Below are positions 11,689 to 26,002 of a stretch of DNA of 64,000 bases, in pieces (position 1 is the first letter of the stretch; the number at the start of each line of letters is the position of its first letter). Made by a program: the position numbers and the translations under genes. The notes below the pieces were generated by a model that had not been told where the DNA came from, did not search any database, and saw nothing but the letters and a program-made list of their open reading frames with translations. The DNA comes from Amoebidium appalachense. Its lineage: Eukaryota; Protista; Ichthyosporea. Where the stretch lies: positions 8,994,818 to 9,058,817 of the forward strand of contig CAVNZM010000008.1 in assembly GCA_963693365.1 (NCBI GenBank). The letters are read 5' to 3'.

Positions 11689-13239
11689 GAATGTAAATAT
11701 GTTACAGTAATCAACGGTTGAGTTTGAGTTCATCCCATGTAATTATTGTGACCCATTCCAAACCAGCCTTGTGGCTCTAGATAGAATTGTGGCATGTGAA
11801 TTTTTTTTCTTTTTCTTTCTTCCTTTCTTAAAGTTTCCTTTCTTTTCTTACTTTCTTTCTTTCTTTCTTTCTCTCTCTATCTCTCTCTCTCTTTTTTTTT
11901 CTTCCTTGTGTGCCTGCTTTGGTATTTTCGTGCCTCCCCCCCCCTCCCCCCCCCCCCCCCCCCCCCCCCCTCTTTCTTCCCTTTTCTCTTTCCTTGTTTT
12001 GGTTTTTTGGGCTGCTTTTTATTTCATACCTGCTTTAATTGAAATTTATTTCGTTTAATGGGATGATAGTATCATGTTGGGGGGAGAGGGGGAGGACCAA
12101 CAAATATGGTATGTACAGAACCGTAGAAGTTCTGTGTGGTGTGTCAATTGTTTCATGCATGATAGTATATTACAATTATCAACATTTATTTCTGTTGTAT
12201 AACTAAAGGCGGTCAATGAAAATAATGTGAAATCATTGAACAAAATACCCCCCCCCCCTCCCCCCCCTCCCCCCCCCCCCCCCCCCCACCTTCCACCCCG
12301 GTGCCCTTTTTCCAAGTGTCTGTTTGAGCGAAGTTCAGGAAAAACTAACGCGCAGACAAACTAAAACCGCAGGGTTTGCATTGGATATCGATGTGTGTGT
12401 ATGTTATTGTGTGCATTTGTGTATACCGTTCGATCAGCACGGGTGGTGATGGTGGTGGTGGTGGGGGAGGGGGGGGGGGGGGGGGGAGGGAGAGAGATGG
12501 GGGCCAGTTCAGCAGACTGAGTGTGTAAATTGGGGCGCACATGCAAATCATGAGAGAGTCTCACTACGCTACACATGTACATGTGTGTTAGGGTGTCCAA
12601 TTCGTGTGTGCAATTACTTGTTAATGCATATTGTGCACTTTAATTAACGGGTGTGCATTGTGAGCATGGCTTTCTGATTTGGATTTATAACTGTCAGGTT
12701 TCCCCATGGCACCGAGACATAGAAATTTTGTATCCGTGCTCATGATTGAACCCCTTAGGTGTGTGAGTGTCGTAGGCCAGCAGGCACTTGCACGCTCGCA
12801 CATATGTGGTTTTAATTTTTTCGTGTGTGTGTATGTACGTAGTGTGTGGGAGGGAAGGGGGAGGGGGGGATGGGGGGGGGGGGGGGGGGGGGGTGGATTG
12901 GGCGAGTGGGTGGTTCAAGGATGGATGGATGGTGTGTCACGGTACGGTGTGCTTGTGTGTGGTTGAAGGGGGTAGGACCGCGGGGAGTGCGGTATGTGTG
13001 TGTGTGTGTTGGGGAGGGGGGGGGAGAGGGGGGGGGGGGGGGGGGGGGGGGGGAAGGGGTCAGCCATAACATGCCGATGTGGTTATTCTTAAATTTTTCA
13101 CAGGTCTGAACGAGCTCGTTTGCGACTGAGTAGGATATCACGAGTCAAACGATGAATAATATATCTATGTGGTCTGAAATAAATCAAAGCAAACGTTGTT
13201 AGGCTGTGTGTGCAGGATAAGCATGTGCATTGTTTTTCT

Positions 13240-13271
<32 letters not shown>

Positions 13272-13279
13272 TTTTTTGA

Positions 13280-13312
<33 letters not shown>

Positions 13313-14307
13313 AGGGGGGAGGGGGGGGAAGGGGGGGGAAAAGGGGGGGGGGAGAGGGGAGGGGAGGTTAAACGACGATTTTACTTCACGGATAGTATTG
13401 CTTGTAGGGAGGAGAGGGGAGGCAGGGTTCATTGCAGTACATAGCACAAACACAAAAGGCACGCCGCAGGGGTAACGTTGATCCGGATGTGTAGACATGA
13501 AAAACAAAATTAGCACAGCATCGGAACATTTGGTGTCTTATGTGTTTGCTGATGGAAGGGGGGGGAGGGGGGGGGGGGGGGGGGGGGGGGGGAGGGGGAG
13601 GTGGGAGGAGGAGGACGGGGGGGGGGGGGGGGGAGGTCTCAGTATTACGACCTGTTAGGCTCAGTGAGATATAAGTGTCTGTGTCATTGCGTTATTCAAA
13701 TTATTCCTACAGTTAAATCAGAGCTGTTGATGCTTTTCTTTCTAGAAAAGTTTAGACATCCCCCCCTCCCCCCCCCCCCCCCCCCCCCCGGCCGGTCTCA
13801 CCCCTCTCCTGCCCCCCCACCCCCCTCCCCCCCCCCCCCCCCCCCCCCCCTTTCCCGCCTCTCAAGTACTAGGGGATTTGGATGGGGCATTGTGTGTGTG
13901 TGTGTGTGTGGGAGGAGGGGGGTGTGAGGGATTGGTCGGGGAGGGGGGGGGTTCCAATGCGGGTTACATGTGGGTTGCAGGTGATGGGCAGGCGAGAACA
14001 GGGGCCACAGGAGAGAAGAGGGGGTGAGGAGGGGGTGGGGTCCGGGGGGGGGGGGGGGTTGAAGGGGGGGGGGGGGGTTTGTGTGTTTGTGTGTGCTTGG
14101 GGAGGAGGGGATTGGGGTATATTCTTATAATTTTTGTGCCAGAGGCAACTGAATTGCAGGAAAGCAGTTAAAGGAGTGCATCATAACGAGTTACAGGAGT
14201 CGTTCACCATTCAATACATATACCAAGATGATATCGTCCGTCAAAGATACCAAAATTTACTCAGTCAAAAAATAAGGTCGTGTGTCTGGTGTGTGTGTGT
14301 GCGTATA

Positions 14308-14398
<91 letters not shown>

Positions 14399-14766
14399 AC
14401 GCGCGTGCGGGGCGTGAGCGCGTGTATGCCTGGTTGTTGCCCTAGCTTTCAAACACGAGACAAAAAAACACAGGCTAATGTTGAACACATGCACACGGCA
14501 TAGCAACAGTGTATCATGCAGTGCACAACCATTGCACATTATACGTGTATCATACATCCCCTCCCCCCCCCCCCCCGCTCCCCCGAGTTCTTAGCAGAAA
14601 AACCTTTTCTTTTTTACCCCCCCCTTCCCCCCCCCCCCCCCCCCCCTCCCCTCTCCCCCCCTTCCCCGCGGCCACCCGGAAGAGGGGGGAAAGGGGGGGG
14701 GGGGGGGGGGGGAGACGTTTAAGATTCAAAACCGCCCCCCCAATTATTTACTAACTATCTTAAGCC

Positions 14767-15007
14767 AACCACCACTTCTCTCATTTCAGCATTTGGGCGG
14801 GGAGCAGCCGAGAACCACAATTCTCAGATGTCTTGCACCAATCAGAAGGTGCGATCATGTTATGTAGGTCACATGGCCGATGTCAACATACTATTCCGCG
14901 CCTTTTTCAAGCCATGCGCCAAAAGGGCTGCGTGACAATTATTAACAAATGACGTCACCAATGTGCTAGCTCGCCGCCCAGCCGCTAAATTGGGAGAAGC
15001 AATGGTT
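14767..15007. mobile_element. Degenerate MITE-like foldback (~240 bp)
   Basis: The 37-bp ends are ungapped inverted repeats at about 27/37 identity (aaccaccacttctctcatttcagcatttgggcgggga vs revcomp aaccattgcttctcccaatttagcggctgggcggcga). No TSD recognised. Confidence 0.5.
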
Positions 15008-15217
15008 CCTATAGAGGTAACAAGGAGGGCCCCCGAACCACCTTAAAACATTGCACCTGTATTCGTGGTATTTAGGCTGTATCTGTTTTCTAAGAGCAAA
15101 AACGGTTCGTACAGGGGGTGTGGCCATACATGTGTAGAAAACTTTTCAACCTTGCCACCCTTTTTTTATTATTTTTATTTTTATTTTTTTATTTTTTTTT
15201 ATTTTTATTTTTTATTT

Positions 15218-15258
<41 letters not shown>

Positions 15259-15977
15259 GGGGTTTGGCTTTGCAAAAGGCAGAATGATTATGTGCCTAGC
15301 TGAAAAAATCTGCAGTTGCGGCTGGGCGCTCTAAAAAAAAGGTCGTGGGTGTTTTTGGTTTAGTCTTTTCATTAAAGTTATATTCAGTTCCCTGTCTTTT
15401 TCGTGGGTACCGGTCCCAACAGACCTGCATATACACCTACTTTCTGTACTGAGCCCGTCAAACAGACATGGCAGAACGATCGGGGAATCTAAATAATTCA
15501 CCAGAGAATAGGGGGCTTGTGTTAATTTTCAGATAGAGGATTTAATAGCTTACTTAGATAATCCTGATATTACTTCTATTGACTATCTGTCAAATCACCA
15601 TTTGTTTAATGACTTTTCTCGGGTATATGATTATCTGAGTCGTTATCTCCTCCGTATCCGAGAGTAAGGCTTTTTTGTATTTTTTTCTCTGAGATATCTG
15701 TGCCAGTATCTCGAATCCTTCTCTTTTGATGAGCATCTCAGTAAAGTCATTATGAAAATTAGTTTTCAAAGAGGTCAAAAACTAGTGGGGGGGGGTCCGG
15801 TTCTGAAATTTCCGCCGCCGGGTGAAGGTGTTCTAAAGTCGTGTGGTGGTGCTGTGAAGTTTGGGGTGGTGGGATGTGTGTGGTATCCCATGTCGTGTAG
15901 TGTGGTTGTGGCTGCTATTGTGGTGTGGGTTGCACTCTGCTTCCGGTATGCATGTCTGCACTTGGGGCAAACTGGCA

Positions 15978-16022
<45 letters not shown>

Positions 16023-16099
16023 GGGAGGGGGGGGGGGGGGGGGGGTTGTGCTAGGTGTTGTGACATGTTTCTTCATACGGGTGACGGCTCTAGGCTTCT

Positions 16100-16140
<41 letters not shown>

Positions 16141-17217
16141 TCTGGGTATAATTAAAATGTACCGTACATCTAGGTTTCCAGATGTACTGAAAGAACAACT
16201 ATACAGACCAATTGGCTTATAGGGTGTCTCGAGCCCGGGGTGGTGGTTCAGAAAGGGTGCAAGGGTGATGTTTTCCGGACTGGTTGAGATTGTAGCAATG
16301 TTACCACCCTCCAAAAGTGCTTTTTTTTTTTTTTTTTTTTTTTGTTGTTGTAAAAAATGTTTCTCCTAAATGATTTAGTAATGATTGTATTATTTTGTAG
16401 AAATAACGTTGTTGCAGGCGGCGCTGCAGCCAAAATTAAATTAGAAAGGCCAGCAAGGTGACCCAACATTAAACCTTTTATGGTTAGCCACCTTTCAAAG
16501 ACGGCGCATATAAATTGGCTACTGAGACTCTGATTGGGTAACATCTACCATCATGCTGGGTGGTGGTGAGTGCTGCTTGCAGCCCGGTTGTGGGTGCATA
16601 TATGTGTAATTTATGCAAATGCATGTAGTATACCATACACGTGCATGTGTGTGCGCCGGGTGCAAGGCTGAGCACTGTCCGAACACATACCGAGTGCATG
16701 ATGTGCTTGTACTTGTTTGGGTTTCATGTAGTATGGATGCATGCAGGTTGTTGTGTGTGTGTGTGTGTGCGTGTGTGTGTGTGTCAGTGTATGTGTGTGT
16801 GTGTTTGCATGTGTGTGTATGCGCACGTGCGGGTATCATACCCGCTGCTGCCTCTCTGTTTGTACGGCATGTCCCTCCATGCATGGGTGTCCGATGACTG
16901 TGTGTGTTTCATGCACATTGCTGTCACGGTGTGTCATATCATGCGGCTAAAAGGTCCACTTGTGTGTTGAATTTCACGAGAAATGGTCACGTGTGTGCTA
17001 TGCCTGTGTTTATGTCGTGCATGTACATGTTGACATGTGTGCGTGTTTGTGTGTGTGTGTGGGGGGGGGGGGGGGGGGGGGGGGGGGACATGTACAGTCA
17101 CGTGTGGTGGGCACATGTACAGCATACCTGTGTGTAACCGTGTGTAGGTTGTGCATGGGTGTATGATGTGGTTTACATGCATGTGTGGCTGTGTGTGTGC
17201 GTGTGTGTTGCTATTGT

Positions 17218-17275
<58 letters not shown>

Positions 17276-17321
17276 CGTGTTGTGTACATGCGTGCCTGCG
17301 TGTGTCTGTGTGTGTCTGTGT

Positions 17322-17403
<82 letters not shown>

Positions 17404-20340
17404 GTGCGCGTGTGTGTGAATATATATATGTGTGTGCGTGTCTGTTGGTGGCATGCATGATGCATGCTCGGCACTCTGGTGCGTGCCACTGGTTATGTTA
17501 ATCAATTGTGCGTGTCAGCGTATAATTCAGCTAGAAGTCAAAACATACGACATGTACGAGCAGTACTAATATAGTAGTTATTATTGTAGATGTCGTCATA
17601 ACAAACTCAGGCAACATGCGCTACTATTATTAGGTGCGAATGTTTGATTCTGAATTCCGCCCCGCGCACGTGCTAAAAAGACGCATCACGATCACCACAG
17701 CTTGTCGCCTAAGCCTTCTACCCTCTTTGCTTAATCATTGTTTTATTGCCACAAGCTGTTTTTATGCACGTGTGTGAGTGTGTGTGAGTGTGTGTGTGTG
17801 CTTCGAGTTCGCGGCCTGGGCTCTGTACGTGCGCGGTGAGCTCGCAGTCTCACACCCTGTGCGCGCGCCGCAGTGACGCCATAGCAACGAATGATAGTTG
17901 TCGAGGGTGGCCCATCTGGAGCCGCGGGCTCCCGGCCGATACTGAGATAGGCCCGGAACATTCGCTTTAAATATGCACATACACAGCCATGAAAGGAAAT
18001 ACATTTATGGTGCTAAGATAGATCGAAATACCAACAAAACACGTACATATGTGTTATTTATGCGTTGAATGCTTCTAAGCCGCGGGGGCCCGTTCTGCCA
18101 AGGCGTTGCATCCACGCAAAATATTTTCACAGTGGGTCGAAAGCATATCCGCGGATTCCACGCGGCATGCCGAAGTGGCACCGCAAAAAATAGCACAACA
18201 AGGGTCGAAACACTTCTATTGGCTGAGAAAGCACCAGAGGAGCCCATATATGGCTTATCAGATTGTCGATTTGGAGCTCGGTCAGCCAATCAGGTGTTAT
18301 GGTACTAGGAACCTTTTGGGTTGGCTGGCATGTAAGCCAGGTGCACTTATTATTTTTCCTAATAGACTCACACATAACTATTCAATAATCAGTTTTAGAG
18401 AGACGAAACTTTATTCTATGGTCTTTATGTTCATAGCTCCTTCAGTACAAGTGCATTTTCACTACACATGGCTGGTTGCGTGTTCGTGCGCAAGCCGGCG
18501 ATCTCCGTGCCTGGCCTTTGGGTCTACTGATTGGTCAATGTGTTTTGACGCCTTCTAACGGACCTAACTTAGCGCTGTGATTGGCTCTTTTAAACCAACT
18601 GCAAGCTTTGGAATGCGGGAGCCGGCGTGCCACAGTTGCCTCAAACCTTGGGTGCTTCTCTGTGTGTCTGTGGTTACAGGCACATACACAGGCACAGTCG
18701 CACTGTCACATCGGCGTATGCACATAGACGAGCTTATTTCTAGTTCCCTTTTCATCCTTTGATGACATACGCTCAGTACAGCTTGCAATACTCATACTTA
18801 GCTTCGCAATAACAGGAGGAAACAGGGTGGTTTTGGCGTTGTGTGGATTGCATTATGGTCGTAATCCGAGTGGCATGGTCCAGGAAGTAAAAGTTCGGCC
18901 TATAACTTTTTGGATCCGGTTCTTAGTATGCTAGTCTAGCGCTAGCCGCAGCTATACGCAAGGTAGACAAAAGCATTATAGGTTCTGCAGCACTTGGTTC
19001 GAAGAGGGGACCAAACAAACACCTTTTCCATTCATTTGACTCACAAAACAGACATAGGAAGGCTTCACGAGGATACCCAGCCGATAGCTATTAACCAAAA
19101 TTATACCCGTGTCAAGATTTTACAAGGTCAAACAATATATTGTAGGGAACAAAGCTTAGGTAGTTTCTCTGCATTCAACTCGTGGCTGAGGCACAGAGCA
19201 ACTCATATTTCTTTTATTCTCTTGACATCACCCTAGCAATACATTAATTATCATTAATACACGTCGTTTAAATCTAAGGCTGCAACCTTCGGGGTCCCGT
19301 TCTGCTTTTTCACCAAACATTTCTTCAAATCGCAAGGTATGTTTTTTACCTGCACATCCAGACACATACACACACCAACACCATGTGTGCCACACCTGCA
19401 CTTCATGAATTCAGTTCTATCACATCCCTCTTCATACAAAGCCGCAATGTCTTTCAAATCAATCCAATTCACAGCGTGCTATAGTTGACCATTTGTTAGC
19501 TTTGAAACATTTGGGATGAAATAGAACAACACAATCTTTATCATCCATTGCATTTCACGGTTACCCGCATCAAAATAGGATTGCACACCACACAAATCCA
19601 TGTTTTTACATGAAAAGGCCTTGCTTCGCGTCATGATAAGGTGTGGCCGTCGACAAGCACACACTTCATGCCCTGGAGGTAGGGGTGGGGTGGTTAAGTG
19701 GTCGATGATTTGTGGTCATGGAAGTGGGGGCAGAAGGAAGGGAGGGGGGAAGTTTGGGGGGGGGGGTGGGGGGGGGGGGGGTGGGGGGGTGGGGGGGGGG
19801 GGGGGACAGCTGGAAGCAGGCTGCATGTAAACATTGCCAGATCGCAAACATACACGATGTAAGCAAGCACGCCTTAAGCTTCACAACGCAATTCAAAATG
19901 AAGTGTCTAACAAGCAATCAAGCCCTCTGCAATGGGCACATGGCAATTCTTTTCATTACATAAACACCTCTATAACACTAGGCAATCAATGCACACGTTT
20001 CTAGAAGGGATTTCAAAACAGTATGCCCTGCAAGCATCCACGTTTCCACAAAGAACTATAACTAATGACCATTGCGCACACGGCAAACACCGAGGGGCAG
20101 GGCCGAAAGATTAATGTAAGAGCGGTTGTGGTGTGTGTGCGAGCGCGCGTGCGCGCGTGTGTCTTTGCGGGCTTGCGGGCGTACAAGCATGTGTGTGCCC
20201 ATATGAGCGTGTACGTGCTGTCTGCATTCTAATGCTATTCATCATTCGGTGTCCTTTTTTCTAATACACCGTTTGGTGTTGGTAGTAACCACCTAATGGC
20301 TAATAATGTAATCGAACAGGTTTTTTTTCCCAACGCAAAA

Positions 20341-20449
20341 ATGACTACCACGACTGACACACCATCAGGTAAGACCCGTTTTCTTGCTTACAGACTGTCA
20401 AACATGTATTGTACAGGTCCCTCTCTTCGTGCCGGCTACGGTTGTTCCG

Positions 20450-20503
<54 letters not shown>

Positions 20504-21027
20504 GGGGTATACAGGTGGTAGGAGGGTAGGAGGGGGGAGGGGAGGGGGGAGAGGGGGGGGGGAGGGGAGGGGCAAGGAAGGGAGGCTGGTTTGAGTTGTG
20601 GGAGGAGGAGCGGTGGGGTGAAGGGTGGGGGGTGGGGGGGGGGAGAAGGGGGGAGGGTGGGTGGATTGAATGTTCTGGGTAGGGCCACTGGTGATGATGG
20701 TGGTTTGGGGGGCGGGGAGGGGGGGGGGGAGGGGAGGACGGGGAGGAAGCTCATGCATATTTCCTAATTCTGTTGGAAGCGGACTCTGCAAATTCTTCAA
20801 TCGTGTTCCTAATCTGGTGTAATCGGATCACAGATCAGGCCACAGTGTCGGGTGTATGCTCGGGCTGTGGACAGTCTATTCAAGAGTCACATTTCCTTGA
20901 AACTACTGATAAGGTGAGAAATGTTATTAGACATGCACACACACACATACTCACACATGCGCATGCGTGCGCGCGCGCACACACACACATACACACACAC
21001 ACACACACCACACACACACGTGCGCAT

Positions 21028-21091
<64 letters not shown>

Positions 21092-21097
21092 ATGCAC

Positions 21098-21152
<55 letters not shown>

Positions 21153-21227
21153 ATCACACTCCTCGATCCCTTGCACACACACGATTACACACACAAACAC
21201 GCACATGGACAAGCACACAGACACACA

Positions 21228-21276
<49 letters not shown>

Positions 21277-21981
21277 ACATGCACACGTGCATGCACGCAC
21301 ACATGCGAGTACATACACAGGCACCACCTTCAAACACTAACTCCACCATTAAAAGAGATGACGCAAAGGACATCCGATAACAACAAGAGAAAGACCCTAA
21401 CAATAAGTGAATGGTGGACGGAGAGGGGGGGACGGGGGGAGGGGGGGGGGAGGGGGGGGGGGATAGAAGCATCTGTTCTTTTCTTTTTTACTTGTCGTTT
21501 TTTCCCCTGATAGGGTTTTCCTTTATTGGCTTATCTTTTATACCCTTAAACCCAGTTTCTACAAAGAGTTAACCAAATCGCTTTTTACAATTTTGCAGAA
21601 ATGGCATCCGGATTGCCTTAAATGCAGTTCGTGCAAGGAGACTCTTGGAGGCACGTTTTTCGAGAAGGACGGCAAGGCATACTGCCAGCTGCACTACACA
21701 GAGCTGTATCTGAGCAAGTGTGCCGGATGTGGGAAACCTAATACATCACAGGTAGAACCCTTTCGCTTATACCTTTGCTTCCAATTTACCACCCCCTGAT
21801 TTTATCCCCCCCCCCTCCCCCCCCCCTCCCCCCCCCCCCCAACGCCCCCTCCCCCCCCCCCACACACACACCCAGTCACACACCATCACCACACAATCTC
21901 CTCTATCGTAGATCCATCTCCATCGGGGACACCCATGTGGGCACCCACATACCCACACGCACACACTCGCGCACGTACGCG

Positions 21982-22027
<46 letters not shown>

Positions 22028-22515
22028 AGTTTACCAAAGGGTAAAAGCGTCTACGCAGCGAGTAGTGATGTGAGAAAACGCTTTAGACGAAACAAAGAAG
22101 GCACTGACACTCCCCGTAACCGCCCACAGGTTATGAATGCTAAAGATAGGCTTTACCACCCCGAATGTTTCAAGTGTTCAAAATGCGATCGCGTGATCCG
22201 ATCCGGTGAAAAATTTGCCATGCGCGGCCCAGATCTTTACTGTATGGACGATTATGAACACGCCGTCAACAAATTTTTGGAGGGCAAAAGGGAAGAGGAG
22301 ATGAAAAATAAGATTGGGGTACAGTTATTCCTATTCCCTCTCCCCCCTCCCCCCCCCCCCCCCCCCCCCCCCCCCAACACACACACACACACACACATAC
22401 ACACTGTTGGGGGGGGGGGGGGGGGGGGGGGTTACTAAGGATGGACTCGCGCCTCATTATCATGGGCTTTCCTTGTGCTTCACAGAGAGAGAAAGTGTGT
22501 GTGTGTGTGTGTGTG

Positions 22516-22565
<50 letters not shown>

Positions 22566-24453
22566 CGCTTTGTGTGTGCGTGCGTTTGTGTGTGTGCGTG
22601 TGTCCGTGTCTGTGTATGTGTGTGTGCGCGTGCGAGTTTGTTCTTGCATTGCGTATCTGTATTATGCTATCTGTTTTAGACAGGAACTTCGTGCCGTGCC
22701 TGGCATTAAATCCTCTCCCCTCCGCGCTTACATATGACGGGTGACCATATTGATTTTGTCATAGGAACCCCATCAATGTTTGTATCACACGGGAAAACAT
22801 ATCACTTCTTTTCTCAGCATATGTTGTCATGCAGGGTGTGCGACACTTTCCAGATCCCTTCCATACACAAATTCGCGCGCGGTTCTCTCCTTTTCCCATG
22901 ACGTAGAAGTCTATTTATTTTTAGCCAACTTATATGATTCGTGGTCATATTTTAACGCATTTATCCCATTGGTAGGATACTCCAAACAGTCCCATGGCCG
23001 ACGCCGACAAGATGAACAAACGTCAGCGCACCATCATCAGCGAGGAGCAGTCACAGGCGCTGAAGAGATACTTTGAACACAACCAGACACCGGACACGGC
23101 ACAGAGGACTCAGCTGGCAAAGGACCTGGGCCTCCCTCAGAGGGTCGTGCAGGTGTGTACGTGTGTGTGTGTGTGTGTGTGTGGATGCACGTGTGTGTGT
23201 GTGGGTGTACGTGTGTGTGTGTGGGTGTACGTGTGTGTGTGTTAGGGAAGGGATGAGGGGGAGGGGAGGGGAGGAGGGAGGGGCGAAGAGGGGGGTTGTT
23301 TTGTTTGGTAGGGCCGGAGAGTGTTGGAGGGGGGAGGGAGGGAGGGGAGGGGGGGAGGATGTGTGTTTGTGGAGGGGAGGGGGAGGGGAGGGCTACGTGT
23401 ATGTAGGGAGGGTTTGAAGGAGGTGGGGTGAGAGGGGGGGGGGGGGGGGGATATACAATAATGTAGGGTTCAACAATGCATGCATATCATTACAGAGAGA
23501 GAACCTGTGCACGGCGACCTACTGATACGGAGCCCAGAAGCACAAAACAACTAATATTGGAGCACCCACTAACTCAATCTCGATGCAGGTTTGGTTCCAA
23601 AACAAACGCGCGAGCAAAAGAAAGCAAATGGAAAAGACAACAACACCTACACAGCAAATGTAAGTGTTTTCGTTTGGCTTGTTTGTTGCAAACCCCCATT
23701 CTCCCCTAGCAATACTCACCCATTTGCGCGCTTGTGTTCCTCTATAACAGATTGCCATACTAAGCCTGCAAGGTTGAAAGACGAAGTCTCTTGTCGTTCC
23801 ATTGTGCTAAAACTACTGCGTGCGGTCATTAGTTTTACTTAGACGAGATTTCTTCCTTTCAGATTTGCAGCTGGAAATTTCAAACTCTCTCCGAGCTTCC
23901 GCACTCGCTCTAGTTTTCAGGTCGATCAAGTAGCAACACCAGTTTTTGGACAAAAGGTCCCAGAATCGAGTGTAATCCTATATGATACCTGAAAACACCA
24001 CCTTGAATCACCAAATTTCGGTCTAATCGAATCTCACATTGCCCATATCTGGCTGCAGATCGTCACCCAACATGTCGCCAAGTCTCAACCGGATAACGTC
24101 ATACAGGTGAGAAACCTAAATACCCTCATGGTACTTTGTCCACTTTAATGTGCCTAAAAAGGGAGAAAAACACGTTGACTGCTGCGAAAGCATGGGTGAA
24201 ATATTTTCTGCTTCTTCTTCCTCCTCCTCCTCCTCCTCTTCTTCTTCTTCTTCCCTTTTTTTTCCCCCTTCTTCTTCTTCTTCTTCTTCTTCTTCTTTTT
24301 TTGTTTTTGCACGAATGTGGCCAATATTGTGTTGAGTGGGTTAGGTTTGGAGTACGGAATGAGGGTATGAAAATTCTCGCCCAATCAATTTTCGCCCCTC
24401 TCACTCATATTTTCCTCTCCCCCCCCCCCCCCCCCCCCCTTCTCCTACCCGTA

Positions 24454-24549
<96 letters not shown>

Positions 24550-25327
24550 CCCCCAGTCCATGCCCCGACCCATCATGATGATGGGCCCAGCAGACCGTCT
24601 GCCGTCCCCCCTGATCCCCATGACCCCCAACATGCCGTTCCCCCCACACTCCCCTTCTGCCTACCCCCTCCACTCCATGTCAATGTCTTCACTTGGCCAC
24701 CAGGTTTGAATTATCCCCCCCCACCCCTCCCCCCCCCCCCCCCCCTTCCCCACCCAACCACCATCACCACAAACACACACAACCTGCTCCTCCCCCCCCC
24801 TCCTCCCCGGGTGCATGCTCTTTGTGTTTGCTATTAAATTTGTATGAATTAACTTTGACTATCATACAAGCCATGAGCTACATGGACGATTAGGCGAGAG
24901 TTTGTATAAATTTTACTTCAGTTTGAAAGCCATTCCAAAATTTAGTTGAATTTTAAATTTTGTTTTAACATTTTTAGGGCATGAGCTGCATGGACGAATA
25001 GACCATCATCGTCTGGAGTCTAGGTTTCAGTTTCCTTTAGACATAGACGACCGCAGTCAACAGACTAAGAAACCAATCAAACATGCAACATAAATTATAA
25101 CATTGGTTTTAAAAATTTAGGGCATGGGCTACATGGGGATGGGCAGCCAGACGGACATGGAGCTAGTCAACCAGATGGCCTCGGTGCAGCTGCTGCAGAC
25201 TAACAGCTACGGCCAGCTGGGTGGCCACAATGTAGAGGTGTGTGTACGTGTGTGTGAGTGTGTGTACGTGTGTGTGAGTGTGTGTACGTGTGTGTGTGTG
25301 TGTGCGTGTGCCTGTCTGTGTGTGTAT

Positions 25328-25373
<46 letters not shown>

Positions 25374-25968
25374 GTGTGTGTGTTTAAAGGGGGTGTTGTA
25401 CGTGTGTGTGTGTGTACGTGTGTGTGTGTGCGTGGGGGAGGGGGGGGGGGGGGGGGGGGGGGGTCATGTTCCATGAGTGCATGATGTGCATGACCGTGTT
25501 GATCTATAGTTTAATCTCCCATGGACATACAAAACCCCAAAGCACGCAGCGGATTTTTATCTACATCTACGATATTCGGTGGCTTTTGCTTGCAGAATTC
25601 TTACACCCACAAATAATTTTTAACCCTCCCGTGTCTAACCCTAATGCAACCAATAGTACGCTTCCGTCCCACGTCTAACCCCAACTAACCCCAACACAAC
25701 ACAGCAGCCATATGGGGCCAACTACGGTGGGGGCCTACGTGGTGCCTTCAGTACCCCCAACCTACCGGGCATGGCCAACAGCAGTACTTTACTCTACAGC
25801 CACCAGCAAGACCAGACCCTCTCTGCTTCCTCCTCCCCTGACAACACCCCAGCATCCATGCTGCCAAGAAACGGGGATATGCCTGCTGTGGGGAGCACGT
25901 TGAGCAACGAGGTGAGGGGTGTGGTATGGTGTTGGGGGGGGGGGGGTGGTGGTGGTGGTGGTGGTGGT

Positions 25969-26002
<34 letters not shown>

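Noticed and set aside
13060-14280. Exon-like unique islands between microsatellites (13104-13155, 14160-14276)
   Set aside because: No phase-consistent gene model or recognisable protein could be built.
17900-18600. Cluster of CCAAT/ATTGG boxes as the LHX promoter
   Set aside because: 1.7-2.4 kb from the ATG with no TSS evidence; motifs are too short to call.
22680-22740. Extra LHX exon ([21 protein letters not shown])
   Set aside because: Phase-incompatible with flanking exons; exon 4 splices in frame directly to 22976.
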